Below are positions 29,818 through 39,734 of a stretch of 64,000 bases of DNA, one piece after another; the stretch's first letter is position 1; the number at the start of each line of letters is the position of its first letter. The stretch is from positions 320,001-384,000 of the forward strand of contig CBDEFO010000004.1 of assembly GCA_965237525.1 (NCBI GenBank). The letters are read 5' to 3'. Under the pieces are notes generated by a model. It was given only the letters and a program-made list of their open reading frames with translations. It ran no database searches and was not told where the DNA came from. Made by a program: the position numbers and the translations under genes. This DNA is from Candidatus Latescibacterota bacterium (GTDB lineage: Bacteria; Latescibacterota; CBDEFO01).

Positions 29818-31864
29818 AACGATTGTAGTGGGCCTAACTCTTCTGGTCTTTATCGGATGTGGAGATAACGCTCCGAAGCCAGCAAAGGATTTTGCCGATC
29901 CCAAGCTGGAGGCGGCGGTACGTGAGGTTGTGGATAAAGCCGAGGGAGAACTCACCCAAGAAGACTTGGCAGGCCTAACAGAGTTAGATTTGGCTGGAAA
30001 GAAGATTACGGCCATGACTGGGATCGAGCAATTGACTCGACTGTCGAAGCTGAATCTGAAGGGCAACCAGATTAGCGATATCTCTGCGCTATCTGGTCTA
30101 ACACGACTGATAGAGCTGGATCTTGGGTTCAACCAGATTAACGACCTTTCTCTGGTATCCGAACTAACACATCTGTCAAGACTGGGTCTGGCGGGCAACC
30201 AGATTAGTGATCTGTCCGTGATATCCAAAATGACTCAACTCACAAAGCTGGATCTGCAGGGCAACGAGATCAGCGACCTTACGCTGCTATCTGAACTGAG
30301 ACAACTGAGAAGATTGTTGCTCGATAGCAATCAAATCAGCGATATATCACCGCTGTCTGCACTAACGCAGCTGACACACCTGGATCTGAGTAGCAATCAG
30401 ATTAGTGATCTATCCCCGCTGGCAGGGCTGACTCAACTGACAAAACTGAGCCTCCGGCGCAACCCAATCAGGGATATGTCTCCACTGGCAGGACTAACGC
30501 AGCTGACACACCTGGATCTGAGTAGCAATCAGATTAGTGATCTATCCCCGCTGGCAGGGCTGACTCAACTGACAAAACTGAGCCTCCGGCGCAACCCAAT
30601 CAGGGATATGTCTCCACTGGCAGGACTGACACAACTCACATTTCTGGCTCTGGGAGACGACTGGATTAGCGATATGTCTCCACTGTCAGGACTGACACAA
30701 CTCACATTTCTGACTCTGGGAAATAACCGGATTAGCGATATATCTCCACTGTCTGAACTGATAGGATTGACAGGGCTGGGGCTGGGAGGAAACCAGATAA
30801 GCGATATATCTCCGTTGTCTGGACTCACACAGCTTACACAACTGGATCTGAGTGTCAACCAGATTAGTGATCTCTCGCCGCTGGCAGAGATGACACAAAT
30901 GACAAAACTGAGCCTCTGGGGCAACCAGATCAGCAATCTATCTCCGTTGCTCGGAATGACTCAACTGACACGGCTGAGTCTGAGGGACAACCCTCTCAGT
31001 CATGTCGCAATCAACGAACACATTCCAGCATTGGAGGCTCGAGGCGTAACAGCGAGATATTCTATAGCTATAACCTTTGCCGATCCCAACTTAGAGAAGG
31101 CAGTACGGAAGGCCTTGCGCAAACCTGAGGGGGTACTGACTCCAAAAGATGTGACAAGGCTAACGGAGTTGTACGCGGATGGCTTGAAGATTGTCGATTT
31201 AACCGGGATCGAGCAGCTGAGTCAATTGTCAGTGCTGTGGCTATTTGCAAACCAAATCAGTGATCTATCTCCATTGTCTGGTCTAACCCAACTGACAGAT
31301 CTGTTGCTGGATCGAAACGAAATCAGCGATCTATCTCCATTGTCTGGTCTAACCCAACTGAGAAAGCTGTTCCTTGATCGAAACCAAATCAGTGATCTAT
31401 CTCCATTGTCTGGTCTAACCCAACTAACAGATCTGTGGCTACGAAGCACCGAGATTAGCGATCTAACTCCGCTATCTGGATTGTCGCGACTCACAAGGCT
31501 ATTGATGGGCGGTAATGAGATTAGTGACCTGTCGCCGCTGGGAGGACTGACACAGCTGACTTTCTTGGGTCTGGATGGCATCCAAATTAGCGATCTATCC
31601 TCGCTTGCTGAAGTGACTCAAGTGACGAAGCTGAGGCTGGCACAAAATCAACTTAGTGATCTGTCTCCCCTAGCTGAACTGACTCGGCTGACAGAGTTGT
31701 ATTTGGACCAAAACCAAATCAGCGATCTATCCCCACTCATTGGACTGACTGAACTAACAAGGCTGTCTCTGTGGGAGAACCCTCTCAGCGATGCCGCTAT
31801 CAATGAGCAGATCCCGGTATTGGAAGCTCAGGGCGTACGGGTGCGACTGACCGGGGACATATAA
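29810..31864 (+). CDS. Internalin-like leucine-rich-repeat lipoprotein
   Basis: Lipobox FIGC. 22-aa LRRs (LxxLxLxxNQISDLSPL). Two capped LRR blocks (FADPxLE.. / NPLS..INE.IP.LE). Confidence 0.9.
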   Translation: MVRTIVVGLTLLVFIGCGDNAPKPAKDFADPKLEAAVREVVDKAEGELTQEDLAGLTELDLAGKKITAMTGIEQLTRLSKLNLKGNQISDISALSGLTRLIELDLGFNQINDLSLVSELTHLSRLGLAGNQISDLSVISKMTQLTKLDLQGNEISDLTLLSELRQLRRLLLDSNQISDISPLSALTQLTHLDLSSNQISDLSPLAGLTQLTKLSLRRNPIRDMSPLAGLTQLTHLDLSSNQISDLSPLAGLTQLTKLSLRRNPIRDMSPLAGLTQLTFLALGDDWISDMSPLSGLTQLTFLTLGNNRISDISPLSELIGLTGLGLGGNQISDISPLSGLTQLTQLDLSVNQISDLSPLAEMTQMTKLSLWGNQISNLSPLLGMTQLTRLSLRDNPLSHVAINEHIPALEARGVTARYSIAITFADPNLEKAVRKALRKPEGVLTPKDVTRLTELYADGLKIVDLTGIEQLSQLSVLWLFANQISDLSPLSGLTQLTDLLLDRNEISDLSPLSGLTQLRKLFLDRNQISDLSPLSGLTQLTDLWLRSTEISDLTPLSGLSRLTRLLMGGNEISDLSPLGGLTQLTFLGLDGIQISDLSSLAEVTQVTKLRLAQNQLSDLSPLAELTRLTELYLDQNQISDLSPLIGLTELTRLSLWENPLSDAAINEQIPVLEAQGVRVRLTGDI
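30361..30624 (+). repeat. 132-bp near-perfect tandem duplication (2 LRR units) within the LRR gene
   Basis: ACTAACGCAGCTGACACACCTGGATC.. starts at both 30361 and 30493. Confidence 0.85.
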
Positions 31865-31951
31865 GTGTACAGCGAACTTTCGGCGGCAGGTATGCATGTA
31901 GCTGAATGTAACTGTTTGTATGGAAGCTCATTAAAATAGAAGGGAACACGA

Positions 31952-33304
31952 ATGCAAAGCAAAGAGGAACTGAAGAAGAAAATATGCCAAGCCGTTGACA
32001 GAAAGAGAGGCGATATTATCTCTATAGGTGAAGATATAATGAGAAATCCTGAACTTGGATTCAAGGAGTTTCGGACGGCAAAGCTCGTATCCGGGACTTT
32101 TGACAGTCTGGGAATTCCACACAGAGATGGTCTTGCCATTACGGGCGTCAAGGGGATTTTAGAAGGAAAGAAACCGGGACCTACTGTGGCTTTAATAGGC
32201 GAATTAGATTCCCTCATAGTCCCCGATCACCCTATATCGGACAAAGAGACGGGAGCCGCTCACGCCTGCGGCCACAACGCTCAAATAGCGGGACTTATGG
32301 GCGCTGCTATGGCGATGAGAGATGCCAAAGCCGCCGATTCCCTGTCTGGAAATGTGGTCTTCTTTGCCGTTCCCGCCGAAGAATGCGTGGAAGTGGGGTA
32401 CAGGGCCAGCCTAATAGATGAAGGCAAACTTGCATTTCTGTGCGGAAAGCCTGAGTTGGTGAGATTGGGAGAATTCGACGACATAGATATGGCTATGATG
32501 ATCCACACCAACAGCAATCCCGAGGACAAATTCGCCACGGTAGTCGATTCCTTCAACGGAGCTATAGTCAAATTGGTCAGGTTCACAGGTCGAGCTGCCC
32601 ACGCGGGAGCAGCGCCACACCAGGGAATCAATGCCCTCTACGCCGCCAATGTAGCTCTCTCTGCCATCAACGCACAGAGGGAGACGTTTAAAGACGAGGA
32701 CACTGTACGAGTGCATCCCATAGTAACGCGGGGTGGTGACGTTGTCAGCATCATACCTTCTGATGTGAGGATCGAGACGTACGTCAGAGGTAAAACTAAC
32801 GAGGCGATCTCGGATGCAGACAGAAAGGTGGACAGAGCCTTAAGAGCAGGCGCGATGGCTTTGGGAGCTAAAGTTGAGATACGGACCCTTGGGGGATTCA
32901 TGCCCTTTGTTAACGATCAGAGTATAAAAGATATCTTCGTGGACAACGCAGCTTCTCTATTTGGAGAGGATGAAGTGACTGAGAGCGGCCACCGCACAGG
33001 CTCAACCGATATGGGAGATATAAGCCATATTATGCCCGCCCTGCATCCCTTCATCGCCGGAGCACAAGGCCCCTTTCACAGCGCAGAGTGGCACATAGCA
33101 GATCACGATCTGGGTTACCTCGCCCCTGCAAAGTCCCTGGCCATGGCGGCTGTTGATCTCCTCTGGGGAAACGCTGAGAACGCAAAGGAGATACTGGATA
33201 AAGCAAAGCCGTCTATTACCAAGGAGCAATATCTCTCCTGCCAAGAGGACATCAGCAGGGTGGAACTCTACGACGGAGTTGCAAACGAGTCGAGAATGGA
33301 GTAG
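31952..33304 (+). CDS. M20D-family amidohydrolase
   Basis: PELGFKE, HACGH, PAEE, GRAAHAG, GSTDMGD. Confidence 0.9.
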   Translation: MQSKEELKKKICQAVDRKRGDIISIGEDIMRNPELGFKEFRTAKLVSGTFDSLGIPHRDGLAITGVKGILEGKKPGPTVALIGELDSLIVPDHPISDKETGAAHACGHNAQIAGLMGAAMAMRDAKAADSLSGNVVFFAVPAEECVEVGYRASLIDEGKLAFLCGKPELVRLGEFDDIDMAMMIHTNSNPEDKFATVVDSFNGAIVKLVRFTGRAAHAGAAPHQGINALYAANVALSAINAQRETFKDEDTVRVHPIVTRGGDVVSIIPSDVRIETYVRGKTNEAISDADRKVDRALRAGAMALGAKVEIRTLGGFMPFVNDQSIKDIFVDNAASLFGEDEVTESGHRTGSTDMGDISHIMPALHPFIAGAQGPFHSAEWHIADHDLGYLAPAKSLAMAAVDLLWGNAENAKEILDKAKPSITKEQYLSCQEDISRVELYDGVANESRME

Positions 33305-33511
33305 GATAGTAGACGACATAGGTGAAGAGGCAGGCCATTTGAGATTGCTTCCCCCCGCCCCCCGATAGAGTCAATCGGGGGCGCCCGCAATGACAGCGGG
33401 AAAATAGCCTGAAGCCAAGCAAGCTCACTGCGAGGGGCAAAGCCCCGAAGCAATCTCAAAGGGGGATGTGCCATTTTACTGTCCACTGCCTGTATAGGTA
33501 TAGAATAAAAG

Positions 33512-35263
33512 ATGAAAATATTTTTCAGAATCTTGAGCTACTTGAAACCCCATTGGCTCTACGTAGGCATCGGAGGCGTCTGTCTCCTTCTTGCCGTCCC
33601 TATGCAGCTTTTCCATCCGTTCGCGTGGAGGTACATTGTGGATGACGTCATAGGCAAGAACAAGGTAGACATGCTCCTTCCTACCATAGGGTTAATGTTG
33701 GTCGTACACCTTGCCTCTATTGTAATTGCAGCGCTGAGGACAAATCTGCTTGAAAAGGTCGGGCAGAAGGTAATACTCGATCTGAGAAATCGGGTCTACC
33801 GTAAACTGCAAAGACAGTCGATTGCCTACTTCAACAACCGGCGGACAGGCGAACTGATGTCCAGGACGATGAGCGACGTGGACGTTCTTCAGGAAGTGAT
33901 AACAAGGGGCACCGACAACGTATTGGTAACGTGGATGATGTTCATAGGTGTCGTCTCGGCCATTATATACATCAACTGGAAGTTAGGTCTGATCGTCCTT
34001 TGTCCACTCCCACTTATAGCATTTCTGACGGTGAAATTCAACCGTAAGGTCAGGACCATCTACAGATCGGCAAGAGAAAAGTTGGGAGATGTCAGCGCCA
34101 AACTGCAGGAAAACCTCTCAGGGAGAGAGGTCGTAAAGGCCTTCGGAAGAGAAGAGGACGAGGCAGAGCAATTTAGGAGCTATACCGATACCTATTACGA
34201 CGAAACCGTTAGGGGCATAAACGCCCGGACGATGTTCTTCCCCGCTGTCAGGTTCGTCGGATTCTGGGGCAACGCGGCGATGATAGGATTCGGGGCGTGG
34301 TTCGTACTTAAAGGTGAGTTCACAATTGGAGGCTTGGTAGCCTACCGAGGTTTCTGGTGGTATCTTTTCGGCCCCATAGACACCTTAGCGTCCATCAACG
34401 ACCTGATCCAAAGGGGAATAGCTGCAGGCAGGAGAATATTTGAAGTGCTGGACGAAGAAGTGGAAATCCAAGACGCTCCAAATGCTGTGGAACTTCATAG
34501 CGTGGAGGGCGAAGTCAGATTCGAGGACGTCTCGTTCAGCTACGACGGCGAAAATCACGTGCTCAAACACATAAGCTTCAGCGCTCTGCCGAGCGAGACT
34601 ATAGCTCTGGCTGGACCCAGCGGCGCGGGCAAAAGCACTATCTTAAATCTGATCCCCCGATTCTACGACCCGACTGGCGGACGCATAACGATAGACGGAC
34701 TAGACATAAAGGACCTGACTCAAAGGAGCTTGAGGAGACACATAGGCATAGTGCTTCAGGAGACGTTTCTGTTCAACGGGACGATTATGGAGAATATTCG
34801 CTACGGGAAACCCGACGCAGGCTACGACGAGGTTGTAAGAGCCGCAGAGGCTGCCAACGCGCACGAATTCATATTGCAGATGCCCGACGGATACGACACA
34901 GAAATAGGCGAAAGGGGCGTCAAGCTGTCGGGCGGACAAAGACAGAGACTGGCAATTGCAAGGGCATTCCTCTCCGATCCGGAGATCCTCATACTGGACG
35001 AAGCCACATCTTCAGTCGAGCCCGAATCGGAGCTCATAATCCAGCATGCCTTGGAAAGACTTATGAAGGGCCGTACGACCTTTCTGACCTCCCACAGACT
35101 ATCTATGGTCAGAAACGCCGATATTATAGTCGTAATAGAAGGCGGGAGGATTATGGAGACAGGAGATCATACCTCCCTCATGGAAGAAGCGGGACTCTAC
35201 TATCGGATGTACACAATGCAGATGGGTCAAGGTTCTGCTTTAGCAGATAGAGTGACGGAGTGA
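33512..35263 (+). CDS. ABC exporter, fused permease/ATPase (MsbA-like)
   Basis: Multiple TM helices, GPSGAGKS, LSGGQRQR, ILDEAT. Confidence 0.92.
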   Translation: MKIFFRILSYLKPHWLYVGIGGVCLLLAVPMQLFHPFAWRYIVDDVIGKNKVDMLLPTIGLMLVVHLASIVIAALRTNLLEKVGQKVILDLRNRVYRKLQRQSIAYFNNRRTGELMSRTMSDVDVLQEVITRGTDNVLVTWMMFIGVVSAIIYINWKLGLIVLCPLPLIAFLTVKFNRKVRTIYRSAREKLGDVSAKLQENLSGREVVKAFGREEDEAEQFRSYTDTYYDETVRGINARTMFFPAVRFVGFWGNAAMIGFGAWFVLKGEFTIGGLVAYRGFWWYLFGPIDTLASINDLIQRGIAAGRRIFEVLDEEVEIQDAPNAVELHSVEGEVRFEDVSFSYDGENHVLKHISFSALPSETIALAGPSGAGKSTILNLIPRFYDPTGGRITIDGLDIKDLTQRSLRRHIGIVLQETFLFNGTIMENIRYGKPDAGYDEVVRAAEAANAHEFILQMPDGYDTEIGERGVKLSGGQRQRLAIARAFLSDPEILILDEATSSVEPESELIIQHALERLMKGRTTFLTSHRLSMVRNADIIVVIEGGRIMETGDHTSLMEEAGLYYRMYTMQMGQGSALADRVTE

Positions 35264-35341
35264 TCTAAATCAGGTGAGGGCCGAGAAGATATCCATCTCG
35301 GCTCTTGCCTTCATCTTTCATAGATAACAGGAACTTTAACG

Positions 35342-36370
35342 ATGAAGGCAGTAAGGAAATTATCTACAGGATATGGAAATGTAGACCTGTGCGACATCCC
35401 GGGGCCGGACTGCGGTCCTTCTCAAGTCGTGATAAAAGTTATGGCAGGAGGAGTCTGCGGCACAGATATACACATCTTCCACGGAGGCTACAGCTTTAAC
35501 CCCCCTGTCACTTTAGGACATGAATTCTCCGGCGAAGTAGTCGAAAAAGGGAAGCACGTAGATCGTGCCAAGATAGGCGACCGTGTCACGGTAAATCCGT
35601 CCGCGATGGGAGTGTGCGGAAAGTGCAGATACTGCCAAAAAGGACACTACTTTATGTGTGCGAAGCGATCCTCCGTAGGGAGCAAGACCGACGGAGGGTT
35701 TGCTGAGTACTGTGTTGTCGAGCAGGATCTCATCTATCGTCTTCCCCATAATGTCCCTTGGGAAGCTGGAGCCTTGTGCGAACCTTTGGCCTGCTGTGTT
35801 CAGGCTGTGACCGAGCTTACACAGGTTTCACCCCTCGATACAGTCTTAATATCTGGCCCGGGACCCATAGGTCTCATCTGCCTGACTCTGGTCAAATTAA
35901 CCGGGGCAAAGACCATAGTCTGCGGCACGTCCGAGGACAAAGAGCGGCTGAAGTTCGCCGAAAAGTTCGGAGCAGACGTAACCGTAACTGTAAACTCCCA
36001 GAACCTGAAGGAGATAACACTGGATATAACTGACGGATACGGCGCGGACGTGGCTTTGGAGTGCGCGGGTGTGGGGCCATCTGTAAATCAGTGTTTAGAC
36101 TGCCTCGCCCCTGAGGGAAGGTACACTCAGATAGGCGTAATAGATGAGCCTGTGGAAGTGGATTTCGGGCTGATCACTTACAAACAGTTGAAGGTGCAGG
36201 GCACAATAGGTCAGATGTGGAGCACCTGGGAAAAGACTATAAAGATGCTGTCAGAGGGAACTATAGATATGAATCGCTTTATCACAGCAGGTGTTCCCCT
36301 TGAGGATTGGGAAAAGGCCTTCAAGAACACGGAGGAGAAGAAAGGCCTCAAGAGTGTCCTATGTCCTTAA
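35342..36370 (+). CDS. Zn-dependent sorbitol/iditol dehydrogenase-like (MDR)
   Basis: CGTD, GHE, CxxCxxCx7C, GPGPIG. Confidence 0.9.
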   Translation: MKAVRKLSTGYGNVDLCDIPGPDCGPSQVVIKVMAGGVCGTDIHIFHGGYSFNPPVTLGHEFSGEVVEKGKHVDRAKIGDRVTVNPSAMGVCGKCRYCQKGHYFMCAKRSSVGSKTDGGFAEYCVVEQDLIYRLPHNVPWEAGALCEPLACCVQAVTELTQVSPLDTVLISGPGPIGLICLTLVKLTGAKTIVCGTSEDKERLKFAEKFGADVTVTVNSQNLKEITLDITDGYGADVALECAGVGPSVNQCLDCLAPEGRYTQIGVIDEPVEVDFGLITYKQLKVQGTIGQMWSTWEKTIKMLSEGTIDMNRFITAGVPLEDWEKAFKNTEEKKGLKSVLCP

Positions 36371-36569
36371 GGAGAGTAGACAGTAGAACAGACATTCTGT
36401 CTAGTTAGACAGCATATAGGGATTCCCCCTGCTCTCCCCTGACCGAGATTGCTTTTTCCTTAGTCATTGCGAGGAGTGAAACCCCGACCCCGTCAGGAGT
36501 TGCGAAGCAGAACCAATCTCATGGGAGAGGAAGAGGTGCCTCTATCTACAGCTTAAGAAGGGAAGGTAC

Positions 36570-37520
36570 ATGCCTCTCTTTTTGACTGAAAGCGACGTCG
36601 ATGACCTATTGACTATGGAGGAGACTATTGACGCAGTTGAGGAAGTCTTCAAAGAGCAGGGACAGGGCAAGGTCGCCAATACGCCCAGATGGAGGACTAC
36701 CGGACGGGGAGAAATGCTGCACATTATGGCCGCGTCAGTCCAAAAGTTCGGGTACATCGGATATAAGGCATATACTACATTCAAAAGCGGAGTAGAATTT
36801 CTCTTTATGCTGCACGACATAGAGACAGGAAGGCTTCTTGCAGTCATGGAAGCAGGGAGACTTGGGCAATTAAGGACCGGAGCCGCATCAGGCGTGGCCA
36901 CAAGATATATGGCAAGGGAAAATGCCACGACCCTTGGGATGTTCGGAACAGGATATCAGGCCCAGACGCAGATTGAAGCTATATGCCAGGTCAGAGATAT
37001 TCAGTTGGTGAAGGTCTACGGGAGAGACGAAGAGCGCAGAAAGAAGTTCTGTTCCATGATGCAGGATAGACTCAAAGTGGAGATGAAGCCAGTCAAGGCG
37101 CCTGAAGATGTGGTGGGAGATGTTGACATCATCACGACCATGACCACATCGCAAGAGCCGCTCTTCGACGGAAAATTGGTAGAACCCGGAGTCCACATAA
37201 ACGCCGCCGGATCTAACTTTATCATAAGGCGCGAGATTGACGATGAGGCAGTGAGAAGGAGTGATATCATAGTTGCGGACTCGAAAGATCAGGCGAGAAT
37301 AGAATCGGGCGATCTTGTATTTCCCATAAACAAGGGCATCATCTACTGGGAGCAGGTCTACGAATTGGGACAGATCGTGGCAGGTCAGATTAACGCACGC
37401 TCCGATGAGGAGGCAATCACGCTCTTTGCATCGCAGGGGATCGCCGTAGAAGATGTAGCCGCCGCATCGGTGGCGTATCGAAAGGCCAAAGAGCAACATA
37501 GAGGAGTAGAGATACTCTGA
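36570..37520 (+). CDS. Ornithine cyclodeaminase/mu-crystallin family
   Basis: LRTGAASGVAT, GTGYQA, HINAAGS, SQGIAVEDV. Confidence 0.9.
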   Translation: MPLFLTESDVDDLLTMEETIDAVEEVFKEQGQGKVANTPRWRTTGRGEMLHIMAASVQKFGYIGYKAYTTFKSGVEFLFMLHDIETGRLLAVMEAGRLGQLRTGAASGVATRYMARENATTLGMFGTGYQAQTQIEAICQVRDIQLVKVYGRDEERRKKFCSMMQDRLKVEMKPVKAPEDVVGDVDIITTMTTSQEPLFDGKLVEPGVHINAAGSNFIIRREIDDEAVRRSDIIVADSKDQARIESGDLVFPINKGIIYWEQVYELGQIVAGQINARSDEEAITLFASQGIAVEDVAAASVAYRKAKEQHRGVEIL

Positions 37521-37855
37521 TTCTTAAAGACATCTTCTTATAGACATCGCAAGCCGCATTGTCCCACAACAAACAAAGTAGCTTCATCATGCAAAGACAA
37601 GTCGTCGTTGAAGTGCTGGCTTTGGGGCTTATAACGGCTGTAGAGGCATCGGCTGTGGCAGGCCATATTCTGTGAAAAGCGATGATGCCGAAAGTTGCAG
37701 GTGCAGTCCTGGGGGAGTGCCCCTCTCAATCACCCAAAGCCCAAGCCGGGCAATGTCATTGCGAGTCCCCTAAATTGTCAGTGCGAGCCAAACGAAGCGA
37801 TCTCAATTCCTGCCCTATCAATCAGATGTTTTTCGCCTATCTTCGCCTATTTCAC

Positions 37856-37884
37856 TTGACTTTTGGCTCGTATTATCATATACT
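37856..37884 (+). promoter_or_regulatory. Sigma70 promoter of the nuo genes
   Basis: TTGACT-N17-TATACT, ~80 bp upstream of nuoA. Confidence 0.65.
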
Positions 37885-37964
37885 TCTAACTCTAAGTCGA
37901 CATTGTATAGTGCATCCTCTTTGGAGATTAACTCGTCTGTAAGTTAGTGTATATATAACAGTTT

Positions 37965-38330
37965 ATGCCAAGTGACTATCTTCCTATACTTCTGCTTTTG
38001 ATGATAGCTGTCGGCCTTGCCGCTGCTATTCTGCTGACCAGCTATCTTTTCGGACCCAGGAAAAGCGACAGTATTAAGCTTTCACCTTACGAATCAGGCG
38101 TTCCTCCTGTTGGCGATGCAAGGCTCAGATTCTCGGTGAAATTTTATTTTATCGCCATAATATTTATCATATTCGATATAGAAGTGGTCTTTCTATATCC
38201 CTGGGCGGTAGTTTTCAGAAAACTGCTGCCTCAGGGACCATTTATATTTATAGAGATGGCGGCTTTTATCGGCGTACTCTTCATCGGCTTTTTGTACGTA
38301 TGGAGAAAAGGTGGATTGGACTGGGATTAA
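37965..38330 (+). CDS. nuoA: NADH-quinone oxidoreductase subunit A
   Basis: PYESG, FIIFDIEVVFLYPW, KGGLDW. Confidence 0.95.
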   Translation: MPSDYLPILLLLMIAVGLAAAILLTSYLFGPRKSDSIKLSPYESGVPPVGDARLRFSVKFYFIAIIFIIFDIEVVFLYPWAVVFRKLLPQGPFIFIEMAAFIGVLFIGFLYVWRKGGLDWD

Positions 38331-38346
38331 GTAAGTAGACAGTAGT

Positions 38347-39648
38347 GGTTGAATATCAAATGAAATCGGTGCACCTAATTTGATCTTTGTTTAGAGTATT
38401 AGTAGATTAAGTTGAGTTGATTGTCTTAACTTTAATCTACGGAGTCCTATGGACAAAGAGAGATTGGCCGTATTAAGACAAGAAGTCAACGAGATGTATT
38501 TTAAGAAAGAAATGTCAAAGCGAGAAGTTATCAAACAAGCGAGAGTTTCCAATGATTTCGTTACGGCTTGGACTAAATCTCTGGATCAGGATTTTGCCAT
38601 GGATAATCGGGGTTGGCCAAAAGGAAAAAGGCAAAAATTGGCTAAAGTTGACGAACAGAGAATCAAAGAGATTTACCATAGCTTAGAGGACGATCCTTAT
38701 CAGTTCTATTCAGGAGCCACTGTTATTGAACAAGAATGGAGGAATCGATATTCTAGCACCCCTCCTCCGTCGTTGCCGACTATCGGCAGAATGCTTTCAG
38801 ATTTAGGACTTTCCCAGAGAAGGAAGAAAGGTAAAAACAAGGGTGCATCTCGTTATCTTTGTTATCCAGAGTATACCATTTACTATCTTTCAGGAGGCAG
38901 AGTCCTAGAATCAGACTTTATTGGTAAAAAGTATCTTACCGGCAGAACTGAGCCGGTCAACTTCGTTGGATTTTCCTTTAAGAAAGAGCCTAAGTTAAGG
39001 TATTTTCGGCGGGTTGACGGTCAAACAGCAACTAACTTTATCGAGAAGTGTCAGTCTTTCTTTGACAGGTTTGAAAAACCAGATTTCGTTAAGGTGGACA
39101 ATTGCTCGGCGACTATTGGCAGTGTTTCAGGTAAAAGGAATGTCAGCAAAGCAATGCAGTTTCTCTTGAAAAATCAAGTGATTCCGATATTTGCCGTTCC
39201 CAGAAGGCCCTTTTCTCAAGCATCTATAGAAGGCAACAATTCTGTATTTTCAAGGAAGTTCTGGAACAGAATTCAGTTCAAAAGCTTACAAGAAGTTGAT
39301 CAGAAGTTAGAATGGTTTAATCTTTCATCACAGAGATACACCGGCTACCGTCCACCTAAGCAAGAGAAGTCAAACGAGAAAGATTTCATTCCCAAGACCT
39401 ATTTTATCAGACAAGTCAAACAGGACACAGAACAGACAGATAAAGCCTTTATCGATGTCCTAAATGAGAAAGTATCTCTTCCCTCCTCTTACACCAACTA
39501 CTTTGTCCTGGCTGAATGGAACCTAAAAGAAGAACAATTATACATCCATTTTGAAAAAGAACAGAAACCAAAGATTGTCGAAAACCTATCATTCAAGATC
39601 AATCAAAGATCGAAAGAGAAGTGCACCGATTTCATTTGATAAATAACC
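38347..39648 (+). mobile_element. IS element A, copy 2 (1302 bp, complete, 6-bp TSD AGTAGT)
   Basis: Imperfect TIRs GGTTgaaTATCAAATGAAATCGGTGCAC / GTGCACCGATTTCATTTGATAaatAACC. AGTAGT at 38341-38346 and 39649-39654. Confidence 0.92.
38449..39639 (+). CDS. 396-aa DDE transposase
   Basis: One aa different from copy 1. The stop codon lies inside the right TIR. Confidence 0.8.
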   Translation: MDKERLAVLRQEVNEMYFKKEMSKREVIKQARVSNDFVTAWTKSLDQDFAMDNRGWPKGKRQKLAKVDEQRIKEIYHSLEDDPYQFYSGATVIEQEWRNRYSSTPPPSLPTIGRMLSDLGLSQRRKKGKNKGASRYLCYPEYTIYYLSGGRVLESDFIGKKYLTGRTEPVNFVGFSFKKEPKLRYFRRVDGQTATNFIEKCQSFFDRFEKPDFVKVDNCSATIGSVSGKRNVSKAMQFLLKNQVIPIFAVPRRPFSQASIEGNNSVFSRKFWNRIQFKSLQEVDQKLEWFNLSSQRYTGYRPPKQEKSNEKDFIPKTYFIRQVKQDTEQTDKAFIDVLNEKVSLPSSYTNYFVLAEWNLKEEQLYIHFEKEQKPKIVENLSFKINQRSKEKCTDFI

Positions 39649-39734
39649 AGTAGTCAGTAGACGGGGCACCGCCTCCCTTCCCTGTATGCTGTCTCCCGAT
39701 GCTTAGTTTTCCTTAGTTCTGTCCAAGAAATGCT

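Noticed and set aside
30240..31740. Periodic 66-bp repeats as a CRISPR array
   Set aside because: They are codon-phase LRR units inside an ORF. There are no unique spacers and no cas genes.
37640..37725. Lysine riboswitch (AGAGG..GAAA..GCCGAA..GGAGTGC words)
   Set aside because: Too short to hold P3-P5, and no lysine-related gene follows.
38331..39734. IS-mediated deletion of nuoB
   Set aside because: The 6-bp TSD is intact and the empty site reconstructs a clean repeat unit.
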